Shown here: in pieces, positions 52,690-62,088 of the stretch
Layout of the letters: each line of letters opens with the position of its first letter
How positions within the stretch are numbered: the stretch's first letter is position 1
Source: an uncultured Sphingopyxis sp.
Lineage (GTDB): Bacteria > Pseudomonadota > Alphaproteobacteria > Sphingomonadales > Sphingomonadaceae
DNA length: 64,000 nucleotides
Assembly: GCA_964542975.1 (NCBI GenBank)
Contig: CAZIVW010000006.1
Coordinates: 22,937-86,936, forward strand
Direction of reading: 5' to 3'
Notes under the pieces: generated by a model
Databases searched by the model: none
Told to the model about the DNA's origin: nothing
What the model saw: the letters and a program-made list of their open reading frames with translations, nothing else
Made by a program: the position numbers and the translations under genes

Positions 52690-53625
52690 CTAAATTCGGC
52701 CTGCTGCGATGGCCGTTTGCCGTGCCAGCGTGGTGGCGGCATCGGCGGCGCGCTGGGCTTCACGCATCGCGGCGCGGCCATCGGCCGACACGCTGGACAA
52801 TTCCCCAATTTGGCGGCCGGTATCGCGCATGACCACCGACGCACTTTCGGCGCGGGCCACCAGTTGCGACGCGCGGGCGGCCATATTTTGCGCCTGATTA
52901 AGCACATTGGACGCCAAGGGGCGCGCCCCCACGCTGGCCAAGGCACGGTCCGCCATCAGGCGCAGTTCGTCGACCACCGCCAGCGACCGCGACACGCCGC
53001 CCATGGCGTCTTGCGCCAGATCGGTGATGGGGGCCAAGCGTTGCTCAATCAATCGGCCGGCATTGTTCAGCGTAGCCCCCAGCCCCTCTGCCGCCGACGA
53101 CAAATTGCTGGCCAGCCCCGTCATTTTTTGCGCGGATGTGGTGGCATCGGCCGGAATGGACAGCGCCGACGCATTGGCGGGCGGTTTGGCGGTTGCCGTC
53201 TTGCCCGCCATGGCCCCCGTCGCATCGGGCGCGCGCCGCAGTGACAGGGTGAAATCCATTTTGCGCGGGACGCCCGCTTTGCCGAAGTTGCTGTTTACTT
53301 CCTCGACCGTTTCAATCACCCAGCGGCCCAGCGCATCGCCATGGCCCGACACCATGTTCAAATATTCCCCGCGCCCTGCCAATTCCGTCATCGCCAAAAT
53401 CTGGCCCAGCCCACCGCGATATTCGGGATAAACCACACCGGGCAGCGTGACCGTTTCCGCCCCCGGCCCCAGATATTGCAGCGACGGGCGCTGACCAAAC
53501 AGCTCGCTTTCCGCCCAGCGGTGCGCGACGTTGCGGGTCAATTCTTGATAGGCGGCGGTGGATATGCCGAATTCAAAGCTGCCCAAATGCATCATCACCG
53601 ATGCGCCGATTTCCAGCCCTTCCAT
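52690..53625 (-). CDS. P2 gpU-like tail protein with long C-terminal extension
   Basis: MMHLGSFEF, QYLGPG, GRWVIE, FTLSL, then an Ala-rich helical tail. Confidence 0.88.
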   Translation of the reverse strand: MEGLEIGASVMMHLGSFEFGISTAAYQELTRNVAHRWAESELFGQRPSLQYLGPGAETVTLPGVVYPEYRGGLGQILAMTELAGRGEYLNMVSGHGDALGRWVIETVEEVNSNFGKAGVPRKMDFTLSLRRAPDATGAMAGKTATAKPPANASALSIPADATTSAQKMTGLASNLSSAAEGLGATLNNAGRLIEQRLAPITDLAQDAMGGVSRSLAVVDELRLMADRALASVGARPLASNVLNQAQNMAARASQLVARAESASVVMRDTGRQIGELSSVSADGRAAMREAQRAADAATTLARQTAIAAGRI

Positions 53626-53628
53626 ATA

Positions 53629-55662
53629 TTATCCCCCCGGCCTATCGAACAACAGGCTGTTTTGACGGCCAGCCGTCGCATTGGTCGCCATGCCAGCAAC
53701 TTGGCGCGCAAATGCCGTGGGATTGGTGCCCGCTGGCGCTGTGACATTCCATGTCGTCTGACTGTTGTCCTGAACGGTGCGGCCACCCCGCCCTGTCGCC
53801 ATGCGCGGCATGGGTGGCGGTTTTCGTCCGGCCGGTGCAGCGGGGGCAGCGCCCCCATCGCCAAAGCCAAAGGCACCCTTAATCTCGCGCCACGTGTCAC
53901 CGACCTTGGTAAGCTTGTCCATGATCCAATTAATGGCGACTTTTACAGTTTCTTTTATTCCATTGAATAAGCCTGTAAAAAATCCCTTAATAGGCTCCCA
54001 ATTTTTGATGATCTTCCCAAGGGGCGTGTAGTTCAAGAAACTATCTTTAATCCACGTCCACGCCACCTCGGCATAATGTTTGATGCCTTCCCACAGATCG
54101 AGGAAGAACGCTTTGATGGGTTCCCAATTTTGATAAATCAGGACAGCCGCTGTCGTCAGAATGACAAAGGCTAGCCCCAACGGGTTAGTGGCCGTGACCA
54201 ATTTCAGCGCGTTGAATGCAAATTTCACACCGCCAATCGCCATTTTTACAGCGTTCATAGCGCCCACCGCACCGAGCACAGATCCGGCGACCGTGGCTAT
54301 AGTCGTAGCGAGTTTTGGGTTTTCGCGTACCCAATCGGCAACGCCCGTGACCAAAGCAGAAACGACGGGCAGCACGGCATTGACAGCAGGCAATAATATG
54401 TTGCCGATATTGACCGCAACTTCGCCGACCTGATTTTTGAACATCGTCCACTGTGCCCCCGCTGTCGCGTTTTGGGCGTCGGCTTCTTTACCCATCGAAC
54501 CTTTGGCATCTTTGCTGTTCGCGAGGCCGATTTGCTTGCGGTATTCCCCCGTGTTGCCCGCCAGCTTACCTGCGGTGTCGGCATGCTCCATTCCGAACAT
54601 GTCAATCAGCACGCCCATTCGCTTGGTTTCGGGCAGCTTGTTGACCGCCTCCATCACCTTCATCAGCGTGGCCTCGGCATCCTGTTGCATACCGGTTTGG
54701 ATTTCATTGGCGGTCAGGCCCAGCTCGGCCAGCGCGCCTTGGAATTTCTTGGTTCCTTTATCCGCTGCCGCTAGTTTACCAAACATGGCATTGGTTGCCG
54801 TGCCAGCCGTTTCGGCTGCCTCACCGAGCGTCAGCAACGTGCTACCCAACGCCGCCATCTGGCCGCCTGTGATCTTCACCATCCCTGCGGAACTGCCGGT
54901 GCGGGTCAGGAAGTCGATGATATCGCTGCCCGTGGACATCGCATTATCATCCAGCCAGTTAATCTTATCAGCCAGATCGCCGATGGCAGGGATTGGGATT
55001 TTATAAAGATTGGCGATTTTGCCCATGCTTTCGGCCAACTCGCCAGCGGGCAATTCAAATGCGGCAGCCATCGTTCCCGCCGTGCGCGTGAAATCAATCA
55101 GATGTTCCTTGGCAACGCCCATCTTCGCGCCTTCGGCCACCATCTCTGCGATTTCATTGGTCGCAATGGGCATTTCTCGGCCCAGCATTTGCACCTGCTT
55201 GGCCATGTCGTAATAAACTTGGGTCAGCTTGCCGTTATCGTCCCGCGCACCTTCAACCTGTTTGGCAACCCCCAGCATGGCCGTTTCAAATTGCGCGGCC
55301 TGAACGACAGGAAAAATTCCGGCAGACGCGATAGCCCCAACGATGCCGATGCCTGTAGCGCCGCTGGCCATCATCGCTTTGCCCTTGCCCATACCTTCGT
55401 GGGCACTGGTTATCTTCTGCTGCTTTTTCCGAACGCGATCAATGGCATCGCCAACTTTGTTATACTCTTGGCGCAACAAGCGGACATTGCGGCCCATGGG
55501 CGCTTCCAATTGTTGCCCCAGTGCCTTTTGCTTTTTCTCGAGATCGCGAATTGTGGAACCAAGGCTTTTCAGCTTGCTTTGGGTGCTGCCCAGCGCCGAT
55601 TTCAGGCTGCCCGTGACAGCCCCGCCGATGGTGATAATCGCGTTCAGGCGCTGGTTGGCCAT
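53629..55662 (-). CDS. Tail tape measure protein
   Basis: FETAMLGVAKQV core, Trp-spaced repeats (NWEPIKAFF); follows the chaperone genes. Confidence 0.92.
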   Translation of the reverse strand: MANQRLNAIITIGGAVTGSLKSALGSTQSKLKSLGSTIRDLEKKQKALGQQLEAPMGRNVRLLRQEYNKVGDAIDRVRKKQQKITSAHEGMGKGKAMMASGATGIGIVGAIASAGIFPVVQAAQFETAMLGVAKQVEGARDDNGKLTQVYYDMAKQVQMLGREMPIATNEIAEMVAEGAKMGVAKEHLIDFTRTAGTMAAAFELPAGELAESMGKIANLYKIPIPAIGDLADKINWLDDNAMSTGSDIIDFLTRTGSSAGMVKITGGQMAALGSTLLTLGEAAETAGTATNAMFGKLAAADKGTKKFQGALAELGLTANEIQTGMQQDAEATLMKVMEAVNKLPETKRMGVLIDMFGMEHADTAGKLAGNTGEYRKQIGLANSKDAKGSMGKEADAQNATAGAQWTMFKNQVGEVAVNIGNILLPAVNAVLPVVSALVTGVADWVRENPKLATTIATVAGSVLGAVGAMNAVKMAIGGVKFAFNALKLVTATNPLGLAFVILTTAAVLIYQNWEPIKAFFLDLWEGIKHYAEVAWTWIKDSFLNYTPLGKIIKNWEPIKGFFTGLFNGIKETVKVAINWIMDKLTKVGDTWREIKGAFGFGDGGAAPAAPAGRKPPPMPRMATGRGGRTVQDNSQTTWNVTAPAGTNPTAFARQVAGMATNATAGRQNSLLFDRPGG

Positions 55663-55664
55663 AT

Positions 55665-55802
55665 TTAATCCTTTGGCAGCCCATCCAGCCACCAAAGAAA
55701 GCGGCTGGTTGTCATCGACATGATTTCGCGTTCTGACCAGCCAGTGTGCGACGCCAGCGCCAAAGCGCCGTGCCGCACATCCTCACTGGTCAGTCGATAA
55801 AA
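55665..55802 (-). CDS. GpE'-like frameshift extension of the tail assembly chaperone
   Basis: The -1 frame from AGT TTT ATC reads YRLTSEDVRHGALALASHTGWSEREIMSMTTSRFLWWLDGLPKD*. Confidence 0.75.
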   Translation of the reverse strand, partial: FYRLTSEDVRHGALALASHTGWSEREIMSMTTSRFLWWLDGLPKD

Positions 55803-56074
55803 CTGCGATATGCCGCCTGCACGCGCGTATAATCGCGCAGACGCATTCGTTCGATGTCCGCCTCCGTCAGTTCCAGCAAATTGGCAAACAGGCGAAGTTC
55901 CGAAGCAATAGAGGAGCCCGCGGTCGCGGCGACCTTTTGATCGGCGACGGTTGGCTCGCGCATTTTCAATGCGGCCCGTTCCTGTCCGTCAACGACAAAG
56001 GGGCGCGACAACGTGATGGTTACCGTGCCGGCCGTTTCGTCATGCGCCAGCCACTTGGGGGTTGTGTCAGTCAT
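55790..56074 (-). CDS. Tail assembly chaperone (gpE/gp41-like)
   Basis: TITLSRP, MREPTVAD, LFANL...DY. Confidence 0.88.
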   Translation of the reverse strand: MTDTTPKWLAHDETAGTVTITLSRPFVVDGQERAALKMREPTVADQKVAATAGSSIASELRLFANLLELTEADIERMRLRDYTRVQAAYRSFID

Positions 56075-56148
56075 TTTTGCACTTTCAAATCAAAAAAACT
56101 GGGGGAGGATCGCAGTCCTCCCCCAAGTTTGGGAGGAACGGGTTGTGG

Positions 56149-56655
56149 TTACATACCCAGCGCGCGGCGATGTTCGGCCAGTTGGTCGACGCCGTTGACG
56201 ATACGCAGCATGTTGTGCGGGTCGATTTCGTGAACCGTGGTGGCACCGTGGACCAGCTTGTAATAATCCAGCGACAGGCTGACCTTCATCGACGGTTTGT
56301 CGCCTGCCTTGAGGGTGCCTGTGTCAATTTCGCGGATCCGGCCGCGCATGTGGTGAATGACGCTGGTGATGGTTCCGTCATGGTCTTCCAACGATGTGCG
56401 CGCTTGGAAAGGCAGGATAGCGCCGGTCACCAGACCAAAGGCCGTCAGAACATGGCGGTCATAGCTGATCAGGCTGAAATCCGCTTCCAGCTTTTCCATC
56501 CCAAACGGAATGTCGGTGGGGGCATCCATGCCGCCAGCCCGAAACTCTTCCATTTTCATGACGAATTTGGGCGGCGTAAATTCTTCGATCTGGCCCGCGT
56601 GGCCGCGACCATCGACGAACAAATTAATGTATTTCAGAACAGCCTTTGCAGCCAT
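56149..56655 (-). CDS. Major tail tube protein (P2 FII-like)
   Basis: NLFVDG, EEFRAGGM, GMEKLE, YYKL...EID...NGVDQLA. Confidence 0.93.
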   Translation of the reverse strand: MAAKAVLKYINLFVDGRGHAGQIEEFTPPKFVMKMEEFRAGGMDAPTDIPFGMEKLEADFSLISYDRHVLTAFGLVTGAILPFQARTSLEDHDGTITSVIHHMRGRIREIDTGTLKAGDKPSMKVSLSLDYYKLVHGATTVHEIDPHNMLRIVNGVDQLAEHRRALGM

Positions 56656-56666
56656 GGTCAGGTTCC

Positions 56667-58184
56667 TTAATCAAACAGGTCGGCGACGAAGTCATCCACC
56701 ACATGGCTGCGGAAGATGACATGTTCGGCGGGCGATGCGTCGGTGAAGCGATAGTTGAAGAATATCTTGCCCTGCGCATAAGCGGCTGGCGTGTTCAATT
56801 CCCCGTCCGCCCAGCAATCGCCGCCCAAAATCGCGCCCAGCGCGGTGATCTGGCGCAGATAGGCGTTCACGCTTTCCGTCACATCCTCGACATAAGTGCG
56901 CGTGATGTTGCGATCGACGGCCCATAAATGGGCGCGCTGGATGCTTTCGTTGATGGCATCGGCAATGCGGCGGCGGGTGATGAACGCCCATTTCGGGTCG
57001 CTGGACAAGGTGCGGTTGCCCCACAGGCGCAGCCCCCCGCCTTCGCGAATGAAGGTGGTGACATTGGCTTCGTTCAGCAAATTGGCGCGGCTGTTGGCAT
57101 CGCCAGTCGTATAATCGACGGGACGCGACAGACCGGAAAAGCCGGAAACCACATGGTTGGATGGCGACACCCACCAGCCTTCGTCATTATCGACCTGTGC
57201 GATCAGGCCAGCCGCCGCCGCGCTGGGCGGGCGGGCGATGACCACGCCATTGTCGTCGGGGCGCAGCAACCATGGGTCGATCAGATAGGCACGGCTGTTG
57301 TCATGATCTTTGGCGGCGGCGCGCGCTTCGGCATCTGTGCTGTTCGGGCCGTCGATCAGCGCGATACCGCGCAGGCGGTGCGCGACCGTCAACAGGGCGT
57401 CGACCACCATGTTCGCGGCGTTGTCGGCCCGTTGGTGGGTAAAGCCTGGGGCAATCAAAATGCGGGGGCGCAGGCCAAGCTGGCTTTCCGCGCCCAACAA
57501 TGCGTGAACCCCTTCATAACCGCCGGTCACGTCATTGATGCCGCCGATGACGTTGGCCGTGGTGGCGGCATCGTCTGCACCGGGGGCCACGCGGATCACC
57601 ACCACCACGGCCCCCGCCTGCATGAAAATATCATCCAGCGCGTCGGGGATGGTGCCGGTGCTGCCCAGCCCAGCCGGACGGCGGCCCATAATTTCAATGG
57701 GGGTATTCAGGGGAAAGGGTTCGTTGACCCCACCTGTCAGCGCCTGCGCCGCGGCAGCGGCGACAACGCCCGCCCCTGTGCTGGCCCCAATGGCCGTAAT
57801 GCCGACCAGTGCGTGGGCGTCAGCATCTGCCTCTATCGCCGCTTTCAGGGTCGTTGCGGTGGTGGTGATGGCCCCCGCGCTGCTGGTGGCGAGGCTGATG
57901 GTGATGGTTTTACCGACCACATCCACGGACAGGCTTTGGCTGTTTCCGGCCGGATTGACCAGTTCCACCGCAATGTCATTGCCCAGCACGCCCACCAGTT
58001 TCGATGTCAGGCGCAGGCCGTTGTTGGCGGCCGCCGTGCCAAGGTCCAAAACAGCCTTGGTGTCCGGCGTGGCATTGGGGGCCGTGCCGACCAGCCCGAT
58101 AACCGATGTGCGAATGGTTTGAACGGGCCGTGCGCCAGAGGTAACCTCTTGCACCTCGACGCCGTGAAAAAATATATCAGCCAT
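56667..58184 (-). CDS. Contractile tail sheath protein (P2 FI-like)
   Basis: FFHGVEV, SVIGLVGTAP, PRILIAPG, WWVSPSN, RLWGNRT. Confidence 0.95.
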   Translation of the reverse strand: MADIFFHGVEVQEVTSGARPVQTIRTSVIGLVGTAPNATPDTKAVLDLGTAAANNGLRLTSKLVGVLGNDIAVELVNPAGNSQSLSVDVVGKTITISLATSSAGAITTTATTLKAAIEADADAHALVGITAIGASTGAGVVAAAAAQALTGGVNEPFPLNTPIEIMGRRPAGLGSTGTIPDALDDIFMQAGAVVVVIRVAPGADDAATTANVIGGINDVTGGYEGVHALLGAESQLGLRPRILIAPGFTHQRADNAANMVVDALLTVAHRLRGIALIDGPNSTDAEARAAAKDHDNSRAYLIDPWLLRPDDNGVVIARPPSAAAAGLIAQVDNDEGWWVSPSNHVVSGFSGLSRPVDYTTGDANSRANLLNEANVTTFIREGGGLRLWGNRTLSSDPKWAFITRRRIADAINESIQRAHLWAVDRNITRTYVEDVTESVNAYLRQITALGAILGGDCWADGELNTPAAYAQGKIFFNYRFTDASPAEHVIFRSHVVDDFVADLFD

Positions 58185-58234
58185 GCTGGTCCCCGCGGTT
58201 GCGTTGCGAAATATTGGACGCAACCATGGCGGGG

Positions 58235-58579
58235 TCAGTCGCTGCTTTCCTCTTGTGGGATTTCCGCTGGGTTGGCGGTGTTCGGGGCAGTGTTGGCGGC
58301 GGCATCAATCAGCGCCGCAACGTCGGGGTTGTCGCGCAGAAATGCCGCCATTTTTTCGGTGGCGCTGGGTTCTGCCTTGGGCTTGGGACGATTGACCAAA
58401 TCCCAGCGGCTGCCCGTCCAGCGCGGCCATTTGTTATCTGGCCATGTGTCGGGCGGCGGGGTCAGCGTGCATCCGGCCGGAACATGCCACACATCGGGTT
58501 CCAGCGGGCTTTCGTCCGCTTCGGTGGTGCCGACGAATAATCCGGCATGATCGCATTGATAGGCTGGCTTGGATGCCAT
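58235..58579 (-). CDS. Tail fibre assembly-like protein
   Basis: AYQCD..G.FVG...ADESPLEP..W.VPAGC...PP; follows the tail fibre. Confidence 0.75.
   Translation of the reverse strand: MASKPAYQCDHAGLFVGTTEADESPLEPDVWHVPAGCTLTPPPDTWPDNKWPRWTGSRWDLVNRPKPKAEPSATEKMAAFLRDNPDVAALIDAAANTAPNTANPAEIPQEESSD
58246..58266 (-). promoter_or_regulatory. 21-bp late-promoter-like element, copy upstream of sheath
   Basis: CGGAAATCCCACAAGAGGAAA-N17-CATGGT; identical to 59999-60019. Confidence 0.65.
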
Positions 58580-58597
58580 GCGCTTGCTCCCTTAATT

Positions 58598-59953
58598 TTA
58601 ATATTTGATGCAGACCAAATAGGCCTTGTTACGCGGCCGGTTTTCATTGGCGGTGGGCACAACGCGCGCCGCGGAAAAGCTGACCACGCCCCCGCCCGAT
58701 TTGCCGTCCGCGCCCGTGCTGCCCGACGATTGGCGCGCAAAGGCCCCTGTTTTATTGGCGTCGCCGTCATTGGTGTTGCTGTCGAATGTGCCGGTGATGT
58801 TCCGAATGGCGTCGCCTTGGGCACTGGCCAGCGCGCGGCCCACGTCCACCCCGCGCCCATCGTCCCACCCACGCAGAAATTCGCCGCGATCATCGCCCAC
58901 ACCAAATGTGGTGACGCCGTCCCCCGCACTGTGGCGCGTGCCCAATTTGGCAAATAAGGCGGCATAGGTTGTGCGGCTGATGTTGGCCCCATTGCGTTTC
59001 AAATATCCGGGCGGGGCCACGGTGTCGTCCACATAGATAAGGGTGCCCACCGGCACCAGCTTGGCCGTATCCTCGGCGCTCATCACGCCCAAATTTGTGC
59101 GCGCTGCCGCTTTATCGGGCACGTCCGACAGGTTCTTGCTGCGTTCCAACGGCGCGCCGCTGGCCCCCGATGGTTCGTTTTGCACCGCGATCAATATGGT
59201 GCCCGCCGCATAGCTGGTGCCCAAGGTCAGCTTGGCATCATCGCTGCCATCCGGCGTCCATTCGTTGTTGGCCAGCCGCACCCCGTCGATATAGATGGCC
59301 AGCCCGCGTGTCGTGCATTGGACCAAGTTCACCACGGTTTGGCTGGCGGCCAATGTTTGATGTTCCTCGATCGTGTCGACATGCGCCGTGACTTCCAACG
59401 CATCATCCCATTCGGTGTCGCCGTCGGCGTTGGATTTTTTGCGCAGATATTGTCCCGTCGTGCCCCCCGGCAACATCCAACCGATGGTGATATTGTTGGT
59501 CACCCATTGCTGGGTCGCCACGGCCACATTGGGGTCCACCACCAATGTGACGATTTCGGCGTTGGACACGCGAAACACCATGCGCAGCACGGCGTCAGAA
59601 AATGCCCCCGACCCCGCCGCTGGTTTATAAGTATCGGGCAGATTGCCGACGGCGAACAAACTGCCATCGGCGGTGTAAATGCCCAATTCGCGCATGGTAA
59701 AGCCGCCAGCGGACGCAGGCACAACAAATTCCGCCACAAAGGCCCCGCCATGTTCGGGCGATTGATAGACGCGGTTCACGGCGCCGCGATATGTTTCACG
59801 GACCAGCGCCGTTTGGCCTTCGGACAGTTCCACGGCCATGCCGTTGCCGTCGCCCACGCCCATATGGGTCAGGTTAATCGCCGTCCCCGCCGCCACCGCC
59901 GCCGAAATAGCGGCCAAACCCAGCGCCGTGTGGATCGTTTGAAAATCAGCCAT
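58598..59953 (-). CDS. Tail fibre protein (P2 gpH-like N-terminus and tail collar domain)
   Basis: MGVGDGNG, GGFTMRELG, GGTTGQYLRKKSNADGD, collar region GYLKRNG...RGEFLRGWDDGRG, ENRPRN. Confidence 0.9.
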   Translation of the reverse strand: MADFQTIHTALGLAAISAAVAAGTAINLTHMGVGDGNGMAVELSEGQTALVRETYRGAVNRVYQSPEHGGAFVAEFVVPASAGGFTMRELGIYTADGSLFAVGNLPDTYKPAAGSGAFSDAVLRMVFRVSNAEIVTLVVDPNVAVATQQWVTNNITIGWMLPGGTTGQYLRKKSNADGDTEWDDALEVTAHVDTIEEHQTLAASQTVVNLVQCTTRGLAIYIDGVRLANNEWTPDGSDDAKLTLGTSYAAGTILIAVQNEPSGASGAPLERSKNLSDVPDKAAARTNLGVMSAEDTAKLVPVGTLIYVDDTVAPPGYLKRNGANISRTTYAALFAKLGTRHSAGDGVTTFGVGDDRGEFLRGWDDGRGVDVGRALASAQGDAIRNITGTFDSNTNDGDANKTGAFARQSSGSTGADGKSGGGVVSFSAARVVPTANENRPRNKAYLVCIKY

Positions 59954-59998
59954 GAAAAACCCCTTCGCTGGCCAGATAATGGCGCGGCGAAGGGGCTG

Positions 59999-60019
59999 TT
60001 TCCTCTTGTGGGATTTCCG
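59999..60019 (-). promoter_or_regulatory. 21-bp late-promoter-like element, copy upstream of tail fibre
   Basis: CGGAAATCCCACAAGAGGAAA-N17-CATTAT. Confidence 0.65.
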
Positions 60020-60098
60020 GTTACCTGACACCTCATGCCAACCGGTTCAAATTAAATTAACAGTTTATAAATATGAAACGGATGATTAACTGCAGAGT

Positions 60099-61058
60099 AT
60101 GAACAGAGAAATCGATAGCTATATTGGCATTGGCAAATTTCCTTGGGCTTTACTAATATCAGTATTATTATACATAATTGTTATTTTATATATAAAAGAC
60201 ATAAGTTTTGCAAAAGGGAATGGTCAAACCTTGGCAGGCCACGCCACCATGTTCCTTTTTCTGATTCTATTGTCATTTCTTTGCAGGCGCTTTGCGACAG
60301 TGTCTTTATTGCTGGAGGCGACTGCCTACCTTGTCGCGGCCTGGCCATTGCTTCGAATTTTCAACCATCTCATTATGATTAATGACGTTCCGTTGGCGGA
60401 TGCTACGCTGGCGTCTTGGGATGCGTTATTCGGCTTTGATTGGCTATCCTACGCTCACTTTATTGACCGACAGCCCATACTACTGACAGCCTTTCGCTTA
60501 ACCTACTGGGGCTTGAGCGCCTACACTTCCGCATTTTTTATTCTAATTTTCGCCTTCAACCTGTCCAATCGGGCCGTTGTCAATGAGTTCATCACTCTGT
60601 TCGCTGTCACCGCGATGGCTTGCTCGATCATTGGCAGCTTTTTCCCAGCCGAGGCTGCCGCGATATATTACGCGCCTGACCTGTCTGAGTTTAGGACGTT
60701 TAATCCCACAGGTGGCAGCTATCATATCGAGCATTTGCGTGCCCTGCGATCAGGCTTGCCGATTATCATAGACACTAACTCACTTCCGGGACTGACAACA
60801 TTTCCTTCATTTCATACAGCCATGGGCATGGTGTGTATGTATTGCACAAGGCACAATTCCGTTATCTTTCCCACGTCGATACTCGTTAATCTCATTATGA
60901 TTTTCTCCACACCTGTTGCGGGGGCTCACTATTTAATCGACGTGATCGCTGGGGCGTTGGTGGCACTCGTGGCGATCGGTTGGCATAGAGGGGTGGCGGC
61001 AAGAATGCAGCACCCCAAAATGCCCCTGCAGCGAGCTAAGGCAACACCTCTAATGTAG
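60099..61058 (+). CDS. PAP2-superfamily membrane enzyme (Aur1/IPC synthase-like, PAP2_3 type), prophage moron
   Basis: Multiple TMs; DATLASWDALFG, FFPA, TFPSFH, HYLIDVIAG; AT-rich and opposite strand to the tail genes. Confidence 0.85.
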   Translation: MNREIDSYIGIGKFPWALLISVLLYIIVILYIKDISFAKGNGQTLAGHATMFLFLILLSFLCRRFATVSLLLEATAYLVAAWPLLRIFNHLIMINDVPLADATLASWDALFGFDWLSYAHFIDRQPILLTAFRLTYWGLSAYTSAFFILIFAFNLSNRAVVNEFITLFAVTAMACSIIGSFFPAEAAAIYYAPDLSEFRTFNPTGGSYHIEHLRALRSGLPIIIDTNSLPGLTTFPSFHTAMGMVCMYCTRHNSVIFPTSILVNLIMIFSTPVAGAHYLIDVIAGALVALVAIGWHRGVAARMQHPKMPLQRAKATPLM

Positions 61059-62088
61059 CACTGAACTGTGCAACTATTGCGTCATCAACCGTCCCATCAC
61101 TACGCGCGAATTGGTGTCCGACGCGGAACTTAACGGTTCCCATGGGCACACTGGCGTTGTGCCGCTGGCGCGTTGGCGACTGTAGCCATGGCCGAGGCGT
61201 AGCCGCGTCTTCTACGGCGCCCAGCACTACATCGCCTGCACCCAAAAATTGCACATAGGACCGGCTCTTGTCAGAGCTGTTATTTCGCCAATTGATTAAG
61301 TTTAAACGCGCTACCGCATTACTAGACGCGACTAACGCCAACGCAGCCGGAGTTAGAACGATGTCCCTGTGATAAGCTAGGTTCGCTTGGGAACCTCCCC
61401 AAGCCGACGGTACAGCAAATATCCCAGAAAATTCACTGGTTGTCGAAGTGGTTGTGCTTCCCGTGATGTTGCCCGCCGTGACAGTCCACCCAAGTTCGGC
61501 GGGAATATTCCAAGCAAAGATCGGGACGCATTGTCCCGCTGACGGAGAAATGGTAACGGATACATTGCGAAAATAAAAATCGGCATTAAGCCCATCTAAC
61601 TGACGGCACGATATTGCGACTGTTATTGATCTAGTCCCCAGCGGTGCTGGTACGGCTAGCGTGTATGAGGCCTTGGCTCCGGCTGACTTGAGATCATCCG
61701 ACCAGATTATCGCTAAAACATCGCCGCTCCCATCAACACCTGAATGACACCGAAGAGTTGCGATCCCGTAATCGACCACAGTCTTTGTAGTGGTCCGATA
61801 ATCAAATGAGAAATTTATCGTCCCCTGCCCCATCATGGACTGATACTCAGTCGGAACATTCACGATTTGACGTTGACGCAGCGTCTTTAATGCAAGCGAT
61901 CCCGTATTCCCAAAGAAGAAATTGTGCTGACCGGCATCAACATCACCCACGCGTGTCGTGAACGCGGTGCCCAGTTCTGCATCCCAACCCACAATGCCGT
62001 CATCACCGTTGGGGTTCACGATCAGGTTTGGCGAAGTGGGCGCACCGCCCGCTCGGCGCATTTGCTGCGCCAAAATACCCGCCATCAT
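61036..62088 (-). CDS. Putative receptor-binding/adhesin protein with carbohydrate-binding-like domains
   Basis: NLIVNPNGDDGIVGW motif, beta-rich, apparently two similar halves; start overlaps the upstream gene. Confidence 0.55.
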   Translation of the reverse strand: MMAGILAQQMRRAGGAPTSPNLIVNPNGDDGIVGWDAELGTAFTTRVGDVDAGQHNFFFGNTGSLALKTLRQRQIVNVPTEYQSMMGQGTINFSFDYRTTTKTVVDYGIATLRCHSGVDGSGDVLAIIWSDDLKSAGAKASYTLAVPAPLGTRSITVAISCRQLDGLNADFYFRNVSVTISPSAGQCVPIFAWNIPAELGWTVTAGNITGSTTTSTTSEFSGIFAVPSAWGGSQANLAYHRDIVLTPAALALVASSNAVARLNLINWRNNSSDKSRSYVQFLGAGDVVLGAVEDAATPRPWLQSPTRQRHNASVPMGTVKFRVGHQFARSDGTVDDAIVAQFSATLEVLP

